This document shows positions 8,255 through 18,242 of a stretch of DNA of 64,000 nucleotides, one piece after another. The stretch comes from Candidatus Aminicenantales bacterium (lineage in GTDB: Bacteria > Acidobacteriota > Aminicenantia > Aminicenantales > UBA4085). The stretch spans positions 392,599 through 456,598 of the forward strand of contig JBEKTZ010000001.1 in assembly GCA_049515535.1 (NCBI GenBank), written 5' to 3'. A program made the position numbers and the translations under genes. The notes under the pieces are model-generated. The model saw only the letters and a list, made by a program, of their open reading frames with translations, was not told the origin of the DNA and made no database searches. The number at the start of each line of letters is the position of its first letter. Position 1 is the stretch's first letter.

Positions 8255-10875
8255 TGACGCAGCTTCTCCGCCAGCCGGCGGAGAAGATCAAGAGCGGCGG
8301 CGGGGGTCAGGGCCGCGATATCGAAGGAACCCATCTCGTCTTTGATTTCGCGGAAAATTTCCCGCTCGAGGTCATCCTGGAAGAGGAGGCCCTGGCTCCT
8401 GTCCCGTTTTTTTGCCGCCGGATAAGCGATCTTGGGGCGGCCGGCCTCGTCGAACTCCTGATTCTCCAGGTTGAACAGGATCTCCCTCGCCCTGGACACG
8501 ACGTCCCGCGGAATGCCGGCGAGCTTCGCCACGTGGATGCCGTAGCTCCGGTCGGACGGTCCGGGGATGATCTTTCTCAGGAAGACGATATCGTCTTTCC
8601 ATTCCTTGACCGCGACATGATGATTCTTGATCCGCTGGAGGGTCAGGGACAATTCGGTCAGCTCGTGATAGTGCGTGGCGAACAGCGTTTTGGGCCGGAC
8701 GTCCCCGTTCTCGTGGAGAAATTCGGCGACCGCCCAGGCGATGCTCAGCCCGTCGAACGTGCTGGTCCCGCGCCCGATCTCATCCAGGAGGATCAGGCTC
8801 CGCGGGGTGGCGTTATTGAGAATGTTCGCCGTCTCGAGCATCTCGACCATGAACGTGGACTGGCCGACGCTCAAAAAATCCGTGGCGCCGATCCTGGTGA
8901 AGACGCGGTCCACGGCGCCGATCACGGCTTCGCGGGCCGGGACAAACGAACCGATCTGGGCCAGGATCGAGATCAGGGCGACCTGCCGAAGATAGGTCGA
9001 TTTTCCACCCATGTTGGGGCCGGTGATGATGAGGATCTGGTCGCTCTCCCGGTCGAGAGCCGTGTCGTTAGCGATAAAGGGATCCGCGCCGGTCGCTTCG
9101 ATGACCGGATGACGGCCGTCCTTGATTTTGATGGCGTCGCCGGCGTTCACTTCGGGACGGAAGTAATTGCGGCGGGCGGCGAGCTCGGCCAAGCCGGCGA
9201 AGATATCGAGAAGCGCGACATCGGAGGCCATCTTCTGTAGGCGCCTCGTCTCCCGGGCGATCCTTTCCCGGACTTCGGAAAATAACCGATACTCCAACTC
9301 GCCGATGCGTTCTTCGGCGTGGAGGATCTTCTCCTCGTATTCCTTAAGCTCGGGCGTCAGAAACCGCTCGGCCCCGAGGAGCGTCTGTTTGCGGATATAA
9401 TCCGCAGGGACCTGGGGCAGGTTGGCCTTCGTGACCTCGATGTAATAGCCGAAGACCTTGTTAAAGCGGACTTTGAGGGAGGAGATACCGGTCCTCTCCC
9501 TTTCCCTCTTTTCCATCATGGAAATGAACGATTTTCCCGAGCGGCTGATCGATCGGAGCTCGTCGAGTTCGGCATGGAAACCGTCCTTGACGATCCCTCC
9601 CTCGGTGAGGAGAAACGCCGGCTCTTCGAGAATGGACTTGTCGATCAATCCGGCGATGTCTTCCCCGTTGTCCCACGCGTCGCGGGTCGCGACAAGAGGT
9701 CCGGCCTTGAACGGCGCCAGAAGGGATAAAATCTTGGGCAACGGCAAGAGAGATTTTTTCAGGGCGACGAGGTCGCGGGGATGCGCCGCAGAGAGAGAGA
9801 TCTTCCCTGCCAGGCGCTCGAGGTCCAGGATGCCTTTCAAGCTTTCCCGGAGCTCGTGGCGGGAAATGGAGTCTTTGAGCAGTTCTTCGACGGCGTCCAA
9901 GCGTCGGCCGACGGCGGCGCCGTCGAGGAGAGGGCGAAGAAGCCAATTCCGGAGCAGCCTTCCGCCCATCGGCGTGACGGTGAAATCGATGACGGCAAGC
10001 AGGGAATCGTCCACCCGCCCATCCCGGAGATTCTTGGTGAGCTCCAGGTTCCGGATGGTGGAGGCGTCCAGGACCATATGGTCGGTCGCCTGGATGAAGG
10101 AAATCTTGTGGACGAGGGCGAGAGAATCCTTGCGGACCTTTTTCAGATAAAAAAGGAGGGCCCCTCCCGCCGAAACGGCCAGGCTTTTGTCCTCGAGGCC
10201 GAAACCGGCCAGCGATTTCACCTGGAAATGTTCGGTCAGATAATTCCTGGCCTGCGCGGATTCGAAGGCCCAGGCTTCGATCGGGCTCCTGAGGACGGCT
10301 TTCAGATCGGTTTTGTCCAGGAGGCGGGCCATATCCTCCTCGCCGCCCTCGGGAAAGACGATTTCCTTGGGCGAGGCTTTGTAGAGCTCATCGACGAGCG
10401 TCTTGATCTCGCCCGCCTCGCGCTCGGTCACCCTCATCTCGCCCGTGGCGAGGTCAATGAGGGCCAGCCCCCAGCCGGATTCTTCGAGGAGCGCCGCGGC
10501 GATGAACACGTTTTCCTTGGCGCCTTCGAGGTCCACCTCCACGGCGGTGCCCGGCGTCAGGACTTTGATGACCTCGCGCTTGACGACACCCTTGGCGGTC
10601 TTCGGGTCTTCGACCTGCTCGCAGATGGCCACTTTGTAGCCGCGCTTCAGGAGCTTGGCCAGGTAGGATTGCACGGCGTGATACGGCACGCCGCACATCG
10701 GCACTTTCTGGCGTGACGTCAGCGCGATTTCAAGGACCCGGGAGCCGATCTTGGCGTCCTCGTAGAACATCTCGTAGAAATCGCCGAGACGGAAAAAAAG
10801 AAGCGTGTCCCGGTGATTTTTTTTGATCTGGAAATACTGTTCCATCATCGGGGTGACGGAATTCGGGTCGCGCAC
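8251..10875 (-). CDS. mutS: DNA mismatch repair protein MutS
   Basis: TPMMEQY, FRLGDFYEMF, GPNMGGKSTY, STFMVEM, DEIGRGT, SYGIHVA. Probable start GTG 10875. Confidence 0.96.
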   Translation of the reverse strand: MRDPNSVTPMMEQYFQIKKNHRDTLLFFRLGDFYEMFYEDAKIGSRVLEIALTSRQKVPMCGVPYHAVQSYLAKLLKRGYKVAICEQVEDPKTAKGVVKREVIKVLTPGTAVEVDLEGAKENVFIAAALLEESGWGLALIDLATGEMRVTEREAGEIKTLVDELYKASPKEIVFPEGGEEDMARLLDKTDLKAVLRSPIEAWAFESAQARNYLTEHFQVKSLAGFGLEDKSLAVSAGGALLFYLKKVRKDSLALVHKISFIQATDHMVLDASTIRNLELTKNLRDGRVDDSLLAVIDFTVTPMGGRLLRNWLLRPLLDGAAVGRRLDAVEELLKDSISRHELRESLKGILDLERLAGKISLSAAHPRDLVALKKSLLPLPKILSLLAPFKAGPLVATRDAWDNGEDIAGLIDKSILEEPAFLLTEGGIVKDGFHAELDELRSISRSGKSFISMMEKRERERTGISSLKVRFNKVFGYYIEVTKANLPQVPADYIRKQTLLGAERFLTPELKEYEEKILHAEERIGELEYRLFSEVRERIARETRRLQKMASDVALLDIFAGLAELAARRNYFRPEVNAGDAIKIKDGRHPVIEATGADPFIANDTALDRESDQILIITGPNMGGKSTYLRQVALISILAQIGSFVPAREAVIGAVDRVFTRIGATDFLSVGQSTFMVEMLETANILNNATPRSLILLDEIGRGTSTFDGLSIAWAVAEFLHENGDVRPKTLFATHYHELTELSLTLQRIKNHHVAVKEWKDDIVFLRKIIPGPSDRSYGIHVAKLAGIPRDVVSRAREILFNLENQEFDEAGRPKIAYPAAKKRDRSQGLLFQDDLEREIFREIKDEMGSFDIAALTPAAALDLLRRLAEKLRH

Positions 10876-10881
10876 GCCCGA

Positions 10882-10910
10882 ATTATATGGGGAATCCCGG
10901 ACCCGCGCAA
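10882..10910 (-). promoter_or_regulatory. mutS promoter, probably giving a leaderless mRNA
   Basis: TTGCGC-17-TATAAT ending 6 nt before GTG 10875; no SD. Confidence 0.55.
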
Positions 10911-11002
10911 GACTCCGGAGCGGAGACCTCGTTTTTGACATTTGGCGGAGGAAAATATAGTGTTCGGTCCACGGCGGCCGGCTGGAGAGAAGCCGATCCT
11001 CC

Positions 11003-13438
11003 TCACAAGCTCGCCGGGCGCAGCACCCGGCAGGCGGCGACGCGGCCGCCGCGCTTCCCGGCCGGAACCAGGAATTTCACGCGCACCTTGGATTTGCCTT
11101 TGAGGAGCTCGGCCGGAAGTTTGTAAACGACGTCATAGGTTTTGCCCGGGCTGTTGGCGTTGATCGTTTCCACGGCGATTTTCGCGTCGTCCACCAGGAT
11201 TTCGAATACCCGGTCCCTATCGCCGCCCCAGAAAGAGCACTGCATCTCGAGCGGGCCGTCGCCGACCTTCATGTCGAAGGCGAACCAGCCGCCGTCGTCC
11301 GCGCCGCGCCATTTCACGCTCTGCATGTCGCCCACGCGCGATTTTTCGCTCGTCAAATTATGCTCGCGCTCGAGTTGCATTTCGCCGAGCTGGACGGCGT
11401 CCACCGTCCGAGCCTCCAGCGCCCGGAGCTTCGCCTGCTCGGCCTCATAGTCCTTCTTGATCTTCCGCCATTCCTCGTCGCTGAACCTGTCCCAGTAGAC
11501 CGCATAGCGCTCGAAATGCATCTTATAGAACGGAATGAGCTTGATCGACGCGGTCGTCACCTTGCCGGGCGTGCGCAGGACTCCGCCCTCCAAGAGGAAC
11601 GTCGCCGGCTCCGCCGCCGGCCGGATATAGGAGTCGATGGCGTCGTCCGCGCCCACGATCACCGGCACCGGAGGAATGGGAATCTGATCATAATCGACGC
11701 GCGTCTTGGTCCACGGACTCAGATTTTCGAGGCCCTCTTTGCCCAAGCCTCCGGCTAGGAGCAGGGGTCCGTAGAAATACGCGACCGTCCTGGGAGCGTT
11801 CGGCAGGCTCTCCGTCCGGAGCTTCATCGGCAGCGCTATGCGGATCTCGTCGTCCTGCCGCCATGTCCGGTCGAGAACGATATATTCGCCGGCCGGAGCG
11901 CTCACGGCGAACGGCCGGCCGTTGATTTCGACGGCGACGGGATCGGCAGCCCACTTCGGTCTCCGGATCTTCACCGCCATCTTGACGGGCGTGTCGGTGA
12001 AGAACTGAAGCTTGACGGCGCCGTCTTCGGGATATCTCGTTTGCTGGATGACGGTCAAGCCGCGTTTCTTGAAATGGAGCACGGACGGGATGAACAGGTT
12101 GACGAACAGACTTTGGTCGTCATAATAATAAATGCTGTCGCCGTATTTGACATGGTTCTCCATGTTCGATCCCGTGCAGCACCAGAACGAGTCGAACGGC
12201 GTGCAGTAGACCTTGAAGCCGCCCGCGCGCAGGGGCGTGAAATACGTGAACATCCCCTGCTCCGGGTCCTGCATGCCCAGGATATGGTTATAGAGCGCCC
12301 GTTCGTAGAAATCGAAACAATCGGCTTTCGGATCCAGGGCGAAGATCTGCCGGGTCAGCTTGAGCATATTGTACGTGTTGCACGATTCCGTCGTATGCGT
12401 GCTCAGGTGCTTGCTGAAATCCTCGGGGGGGAAGAAATATTCCTCGTCCGTATCTCCTCCCGTCGCGTAAGTCCTGTCGTTGACGACCTTCTCCCAGAAG
12501 AAGGCGGCGGCCGCATAATAAGCCGGCTTGCCGGTCAATTGATAAAGGCGGGCCAGGCCGATGAGCTTGGGGAAGTTCGTGTTGCCGTGGATGCCGGTCA
12601 GGATGTCCTTTTTCTGGGCCAGAGGATCGAGGATCCGGTGATGATAAAAGCGCTCGGCGAGCCGCAGCGCCTTCTCGTATCCGGTCAAGGCATAGATCTC
12701 GGCAAAGGCTTCGTTGATGCCGCCGTGCTCACAATTGAGCATCTTCTCGAACTGCTCATCGGTCAGGCCGCCGACGACGCCCCAGGCCCAGTCCGTGGAC
12801 CCGAGGAGGATGGGCTTGATCTTTTCGTTTCCCGTGGCGTAATACGCGTCGATCAGCCCCATGTATAATTTGTGTTGGACGTACCACGGCACCCACAAGC
12901 CGTTCAAGTCGAAGCCCGCCGTGCGGATGTTGCCGGCCTTGATCTCGTCAAAGACTTCTTTGGCCCGCGGAAAACCGCCCACAAACCCGTTCCCCCACGC
13001 TTTCTGGCAAGCCGCGAGTTCGTCGACGATGTAGGAGATGCGGTCGCGGACGCGTTCATCCGAGGTCGCTTCGTAAAGCTTTGCGATCGCGGTCAGATAA
13101 TGTCCGAGCGTATGTCCCGAGATCGTCTGACTTTCCCATCCCGCGTACTCCGGGGCTTTCGCCTTGAGCCCGGCGAACTGCCGGAAGCGCGACAGCAACC
13201 GGTCCATGTCCAGGGACATGAGGTATTTCACGTCCAGGTCCATGGCCTTCTTGAACGGGCTGTCGAGAAGCCTCACGTCGCGCAAGGTGAAGGCATAGGC
13301 TTTCTGCGGAACCTTGTTCTGGATCTTGAGCGGCCGCCCCTGCTCCAGGACGTCGGCCCGCAGCGGAGGGACCGGGAAGGCCGTCGCGATGAACGCTGAA
13401 ACAAAGATCGCGGTCAACATGCGTTTGCGGGAGATCAT
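11003..13438 (-). CDS. Exported glycoside hydrolase, GH127/GH146 (beta-L-arabinofuranosidase-like)
   Basis: Signal peptide; GHTLGHYL, EHGGINE, ESCNTYNMLKL, YERALYNHIL, FWCCTGS motifs. Confidence 0.88.
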   Translation of the reverse strand: MISRKRMLTAIFVSAFIATAFPVPPLRADVLEQGRPLKIQNKVPQKAYAFTLRDVRLLDSPFKKAMDLDVKYLMSLDMDRLLSRFRQFAGLKAKAPEYAGWESQTISGHTLGHYLTAIAKLYEATSDERVRDRISYIVDELAACQKAWGNGFVGGFPRAKEVFDEIKAGNIRTAGFDLNGLWVPWYVQHKLYMGLIDAYYATGNEKIKPILLGSTDWAWGVVGGLTDEQFEKMLNCEHGGINEAFAEIYALTGYEKALRLAERFYHHRILDPLAQKKDILTGIHGNTNFPKLIGLARLYQLTGKPAYYAAAAFFWEKVVNDRTYATGGDTDEEYFFPPEDFSKHLSTHTTESCNTYNMLKLTRQIFALDPKADCFDFYERALYNHILGMQDPEQGMFTYFTPLRAGGFKVYCTPFDSFWCCTGSNMENHVKYGDSIYYYDDQSLFVNLFIPSVLHFKKRGLTVIQQTRYPEDGAVKLQFFTDTPVKMAVKIRRPKWAADPVAVEINGRPFAVSAPAGEYIVLDRTWRQDDEIRIALPMKLRTESLPNAPRTVAYFYGPLLLAGGLGKEGLENLSPWTKTRVDYDQIPIPPVPVIVGADDAIDSYIRPAAEPATFLLEGGVLRTPGKVTTASIKLIPFYKMHFERYAVYWDRFSDEEWRKIKKDYEAEQAKLRALEARTVDAVQLGEMQLEREHNLTSEKSRVGDMQSVKWRGADDGGWFAFDMKVGDGPLEMQCSFWGGDRDRVFEILVDDAKIAVETINANSPGKTYDVVYKLPAELLKGKSKVRVKFLVPAGKRGGRVAACRVLRPASL

Positions 13439-13523
13439 GGCTTCCCTCCTGAAATGAGATCTTTCCCCGTGGCTCCCCTCGAAAACGGGAGCCGCGGGAG
13501 AAATCGTCCGCGGCCTTGATTCT

Positions 13524-15899
13524 TCACTTCTGGACCGGCGACGCGTCGTCGAGGACCCACATGCCCCGGCCGTTCGTGGCGATGACGATCATGTTATCCC
13601 GAGGATGGATCTGAAGGTCCCAGACCGCGACGTTCGGCAGGCCGCTGCCCAGATAATTCCAGGTCTTGGCGCCGTCCGTCGTCACAAACACTCCCAGGTC
13701 CGTGCCGCAATAGAGAACGTTGCTCTTCTTGGGGTCTTCGCGAATGACGTTCGCCGGACCTCCGGGCAGGTTGGCCGCGATGCTGACCCATGTTTTGCCG
13801 TAGTCCGTGGACTTGTAAATGTAGGGATTGAAGTCGTCGTCGTGCCGGCCGATCAGCGTGACATAAACCGTCGCCGGATCGTACTTCGAAGCGACGATGC
13901 TCCAGACGTGTTTGTTGTAGGGCAGTCCGGCCGTGATCGCGGTCCAAGGCTCTCCCCCGGTCAGCGTCACATGGACACGGCCGTCGTCGGTTCCGGCGTA
14001 GAGGACGCCCGCTTTGAGCGGCGATTCGGCAATGGCCGTCAGCGTGGCAAAACTGATGGCGTAAGGGAGTTTGCCTTGATTCTTGGGATCGTTGTATGTC
14101 AGATCGGGGCTGATCCGCGCCCAGGTTTCCCCCTTGTCGTTCGAACGGAAGACGTACTGGAAGCCGTGATAGACAACATTGGGATCGTGCGGCGAAAGTA
14201 TCGTCGGGGCGAGCCATTGGCCGCGATACTCGGATTCGCCCGGGCCGGGCTTCGGATAGATCTCCTTGCTCGTCCACTGGCCGTCCTTATATTCCGAGCG
14301 GCTGACCCGCCCGTAATAGGAGGAAGCGTACTCGATATTGGGATTGGTCGGGTCGACGGCGATGATCGTCCCTTCCCCGCCGGGCGCGGTTTCCCATCGC
14401 ACGCTTTGACCGCGGCCGCGCCGACGCACGCCCGGCTGCGCCTGCGCCGGGCCCACGCCGAGCCCGCGCAGGGTTCCCTCGTCCTGGACCGAGCCGTATA
14501 CGGCGAACGGCTTCTGCATGTCGAGCGTCACGTTATAGAACTGGATCGAAGGAATGCCTTTATGAAAATCACGCCAGCTCTTGCCGCCGTCATAAGAAAC
14601 GTTGGCCCCGCCGTCGTTGACGTTGATGATATAGTTGGAATCGTTCGGATCGATCCACACGCCGTGGTGGTCGCTGTGGAGTCCCTCGTAGTTCAGGGTC
14701 TTGAAGGATTTGCCGCCGTCCGTGGATTTGGCCAGGGCCAGACCCATGATATAGACCGTGTTTTCGTCGCTCGGATCGACGCGGATCTGGCCGAACACCC
14801 ATCCGTACGTTCCGCCGAACCGCTCCATCATCCGGTCCGTGGGACTGACCTTCTTCCACGTTTCGCCCTGGTCATCGCTGCGATAGACCTCGGCACCGGC
14901 ATAGTCGGGAAAGGTCCTCGGGCGGCCGTAAGAATCGCGGTCTCCGGGGGCGGGCTCGCGCACGGGCGTGTGGTTGTCCACATAGGCATAGACTACGTTC
15001 GGCTTGGACAGGCACAAGTCGAGGCCGATGCGGCCGGTGAACTTGGTCTCGGGAAGGCCGGTGTTGGTCGGCTTCCAGGTCGTTCCGCCGTCGGTCGTCT
15101 TGAACAGGCCGTCTTCAGGCTCGGGCAGCGGGTCGCTCCAGCGCTGCCTGATGCGGTGGCACATGGAAGCGATCAGGACGTCGGGATTCTTGGGATCCAT
15201 GACCAAATCGATGGCCCCGATTTTCTCGTTGATGTAGAGGATTTTCTGCCAGGTTTTGCCGCCGTCCGATGTTTTATAGACACCGCGGTCGGGGCTGTAC
15301 GTCCATTCGTGGCCCGAGGCCGCGACATAGACGATATCGGGATTGGTCGGATGGATGCGGATCCGGCCGATGGTGTACGTCCCGGTCAGCCCTAGGTGCG
15401 TCCAGGTTTTGCCGGCGTCCGCGGATTTATAGACGCCCGTGCCGGCCATGGAAGCGCGGAAAATGTTGGCTTCGCCCGTTCCATAATAAATGATGTTCGG
15501 CTGGGATTCGGAAATGTCGATATCTCCCGACGAGAGTGTCGGGAGATCGTTGGTCAGGCATTCCCAGGTGATGCCCGTATTCTCCGTCTTCCACACGCCG
15601 CCGACGGCGGAGGCGATATAGATGATGTTCCGGCTGCCCTTGGGCACGGCGATGTCGACGCACCGCCCGCCGATAATGTCCGGCCCGATGAAACGCCACT
15701 TCATGTCCTTGAACGGAGTCTGGTCTTTCATCGCCATGTGCTGATCGAACCATTTAAGGCGCGCGGCCGGGTCGGTGTTCTCGACCTTTTTTTGGGGCGA
15801 CCTGGCCGCCTGAGGCTTCGTCTGGGCGGCGGCGAAAACGACGATCGCGAGCGCGACGGTTATCATGAGAATGAACGCCGAACGCTTGGAAAATTTCAT
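13524..15899 (-). CDS. Exported BNR/Asp-box (VPS10/sortilin-like) beta-propeller protein, putative glycosyl hydrolase
   Basis: Many S/TxDxGxTW Asp-boxes; WRFIGP.IIGGR N-terminus; ATNGRGMW C-terminus; signal peptide. Confidence 0.85.
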   Translation of the reverse strand: MKFSKRSAFILMITVALAIVVFAAAQTKPQAARSPQKKVENTDPAARLKWFDQHMAMKDQTPFKDMKWRFIGPDIIGGRCVDIAVPKGSRNIIYIASAVGGVWKTENTGITWECLTNDLPTLSSGDIDISESQPNIIYYGTGEANIFRASMAGTGVYKSADAGKTWTHLGLTGTYTIGRIRIHPTNPDIVYVAASGHEWTYSPDRGVYKTSDGGKTWQKILYINEKIGAIDLVMDPKNPDVLIASMCHRIRQRWSDPLPEPEDGLFKTTDGGTTWKPTNTGLPETKFTGRIGLDLCLSKPNVVYAYVDNHTPVREPAPGDRDSYGRPRTFPDYAGAEVYRSDDQGETWKKVSPTDRMMERFGGTYGWVFGQIRVDPSDENTVYIMGLALAKSTDGGKSFKTLNYEGLHSDHHGVWIDPNDSNYIINVNDGGANVSYDGGKSWRDFHKGIPSIQFYNVTLDMQKPFAVYGSVQDEGTLRGLGVGPAQAQPGVRRRGRGQSVRWETAPGGEGTIIAVDPTNPNIEYASSYYGRVSRSEYKDGQWTSKEIYPKPGPGESEYRGQWLAPTILSPHDPNVVYHGFQYVFRSNDKGETWARISPDLTYNDPKNQGKLPYAISFATLTAIAESPLKAGVLYAGTDDGRVHVTLTGGEPWTAITAGLPYNKHVWSIVASKYDPATVYVTLIGRHDDDFNPYIYKSTDYGKTWVSIAANLPGGPANVIREDPKKSNVLYCGTDLGVFVTTDGAKTWNYLGSGLPNVAVWDLQIHPRDNMIVIATNGRGMWVLDDASPVQK

Positions 15900-16102
15900 G
15901 GATCCCTCCTCCTGAAAAGAATTTGAAAGTCGTGATGATAATGCATCAAATATCTCATATCTTTAAAAATGTTATTTTTTTCGGAGGAGGAAGTCAACTC
16001 CAACCTGAAGAATCCGGCCATCCTGATCCCTTGTCGCTTCCGCGGCGTCGGCCGAGGTCCGGGATTTGACACGGCCGGAGAGCTTTGTTAATCTGCCTGT
16101 CA

Positions 16103-16651
16103 ATGAACGCCGCGAATTTTTTGACATCCCTGCGGATCGGTCTCATTCCTTTTCTCATCTGGGCCCTTCTCTCCTCGTTCAAGGGGCACGAGTTCGCGGC
16201 CCTCGGGATTTTTCTTCTGGCCTCGTTCACGGACACGGTTGACGGCTTCTGGGCCCGCCGCACAAATACGATCACGACCCTCGGCCAGCTCCTCGATCCG
16301 ATCGCAGACAAGCTCCTGATGGCGTCGGCGTTCATCTGTCTGGTCGAATCCGGCCATGTCCCCTCCTGGATGGCCGTCATCATCATCGGGCGCGAAATCG
16401 CCGTCACGGGGTTCCGGGCCGTCGCCGCTTCCAAAGGAATCATCATTCCCGCGTCCTGGCCCGGAAAGGTCAAGATGACTCTGGAAACTATCACGGTTTC
16501 CTTCTTGATCCTGGGAAAACAGATCCTGGGGGGGCTGTTTATCGTCGGAAAGATCGGCCTTTGGCTCGTGCTCGCGGCCGCCGTCTACTCGGCGGGAGAA
16601 TATTTCTGGAAATACGGCCCGGCTCTTCTCGCCGACCCTTCAGACGACTGA
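16103..16651 (+). CDS. pgsA: CDP-diacylglycerol--glycerol-3-phosphate 3-phosphatidyltransferase
   Basis: CDP-alcohol phosphotransferase signature DGFWARRTNTITTLGQLLDPIADK; ANFLTSLRI; GKVKM. Confidence 0.92.
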   Translation: MNAANFLTSLRIGLIPFLIWALLSSFKGHEFAALGIFLLASFTDTVDGFWARRTNTITTLGQLLDPIADKLLMASAFICLVESGHVPSWMAVIIIGREIAVTGFRAVAASKGIIIPASWPGKVKMTLETITVSFLILGKQILGGLFIVGKIGLWLVLAAAVYSAGEYFWKYGPALLADPSDD

Positions 16652-17563
16652 GCTTTTCGCCCGGTCCAGCGATTCCGCGTCTTCCACATTCCACATCGTG
16701 AAAGGATGGGTCCAACCGCGTCCGATTTTCCTTAAAAGTCCGGTCAAGACCTTCCCGGAGCCGAGTTCGACGAAGGCGTCGATCCTCTCTCCGCTCAAGA
16801 CCTCCATGGATTTGTACCAGAGGACGGGCCGGCTGACCTGTTTTTTCAGGGCTTCCCGGGCCTCTTCTCCCGCGCGGACGATCTTGGCCTCGACATTGTT
16901 CACGACCGGAAACTTCAGGTCCTTGAATTCCGTCCGGTCCAAGTCGAGGGCCAGTTTCTCCTCGGCCGTTTTCATCAGGGAAGAATGAAAAGGCGCGCTG
17001 ACCGGAAGCCACACCGAGCCCGGCGGCTTGGCGATCTTCAACGCCTCCTCGACCGCTTCCTTGTGGCCGGCGATGACGATCTGCTCCTGGCTGTTCCAGT
17101 TGGCGATCTGCACGACGCCCGTCCGGACCTGGGCGAGCGCCCGTCCGAGGTCCTCAAAGCTCAAGCCGAGCACCGCGGCCATGCCTCCCTGCCCGACCGG
17201 AACGGCGTCCTGCATGTAGCGGCCTCTTTTGTGGACGAGAAGGACGGCGTCCTCGAATCTGAGAGCTCCGGCGCAGACAAGGGCCGAATACTCACCCAAA
17301 CTATGGCCGGCGGCGATCGCCGGCTCTTTCTCGAACAGCATGAACGCGACATAGCTCACGAGGAGCAAAGCCGGCTGCGCGTTCGCGGTGAGCCTGAGTT
17401 CCTCTTCAGGCCCTTCGAAACACAGCCGCGAAATCCGGTAGCCGAGGATTTCATCCGCCTGGTCGAAGATCTTCCGGGCGAGGGCTGACCGATCGTAAAA
17501 GCTCCGGCCCATGCCCACCGCGTGCGATCCCTGGCCGGGAAACAAAAACGCTTTTCGACTCAT
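16640..17563 (-). CDS. fabD: Malonyl-CoA:ACP transacylase
   Basis: FPGQGS, GHSLGEYSA, RGRYMQ, VSAPFHS. Confidence 0.95.
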   Translation of the reverse strand: MSRKAFLFPGQGSHAVGMGRSFYDRSALARKIFDQADEILGYRISRLCFEGPEEELRLTANAQPALLLVSYVAFMLFEKEPAIAAGHSLGEYSALVCAGALRFEDAVLLVHKRGRYMQDAVPVGQGGMAAVLGLSFEDLGRALAQVRTGVVQIANWNSQEQIVIAGHKEAVEEALKIAKPPGSVWLPVSAPFHSSLMKTAEEKLALDLDRTEFKDLKFPVVNNVEAKIVRAGEEAREALKKQVSRPVLWYKSMEVLSGERIDAFVELGSGKVLTGLLRKIGRGWTHPFTMWNVEDAESLDRAKSSVV

Positions 17564-17578
17564 GGTCACTCCCTCTCG

Positions 17579-18241
17579 TCAATATTTGAGGCAGTCGAGA
17601 TGAACTTCGATCTCGGCCTGCTGCCGGAGGTTCTTGATCCAAAGCGCGACCTGGCGGTCGACCTTGACTTTCTTGACTTCCGCTTCGAGGACGGACAGAA
17701 GTTCGATGAGGGGCCTGGGATTCAATCCTGATTTCTTCTGCGCCGGCACATAGGTCTCGGCATAATAGTTTTCGATTTCGGGAAGGGAGACGCTCACGCT
17801 CCGGCCGAAGCGGTTGGCGATGATCGTTTGGCAAAGCATCTTTTCTTCCAGGTAGGGCATGAGGTCCGCGGCATCGAGGCCGAAAGCTTCCAGCCGGCGC
17901 TTGGCCTCCTCACGGCCGAGCCCGGCCAGGAGCCTGCTCAGTTCCTCCTCGACCTTGGCCCTGTCCATCGGCGCTCTTTCCCGGGCGATATCGATCACGA
18001 TTTTCTGGTCGATAAGCTTGTCGAGGAGAAAACGGCGCCGGTCCTCGGGACTCGCGGCCGTATCCGTATCGAAAAGGCCGAACGCTTCGATCAATTTGAC
18101 ATCGGCCAGCGTGATGATCTGCGTATTCACGACCGCAGCGACACAATTCACGATCTGGACCGGCCTGGCCGCGGAATAGGACGGGCCCGCGAGCGCGGCC
18201 GCCATCAAAGACGCGAGCACGGCCATAGGTCTGTTCATCAT
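17579..18241 (-). CDS. SurA N-terminal-domain periplasmic chaperone-like protein
   Basis: Signal peptide, VAAVVNTQIITLADV, C-terminal WIKNLRQQAEIEV; no PPIase domain recognised. Start placed just after the Omp85 stop. Confidence 0.75.
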   Translation of the reverse strand: MMNRPMAVLASLMAAALAGPSYSAARPVQIVNCVAAVVNTQIITLADVKLIEAFGLFDTDTAASPEDRRRFLLDKLIDQKIVIDIARERAPMDRAKVEEELSRLLAGLGREEAKRRLEAFGLDAADLMPYLEEKMLCQTIIANRFGRSVSVSLPEIENYYAETYVPAQKKSGLNPRPLIELLSVLEAEVKKVKVDRQVALWIKNLRQQAEIEVHLDCLKY

Positions 18242-18242
18242 C

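Noticed and set aside
13464..13499. Hairpin between the BNR and GH127/146 genes as a terminator
   Set aside because: No U tract on the coding strand; it may be a stabilising stem, but evidence is insufficient.
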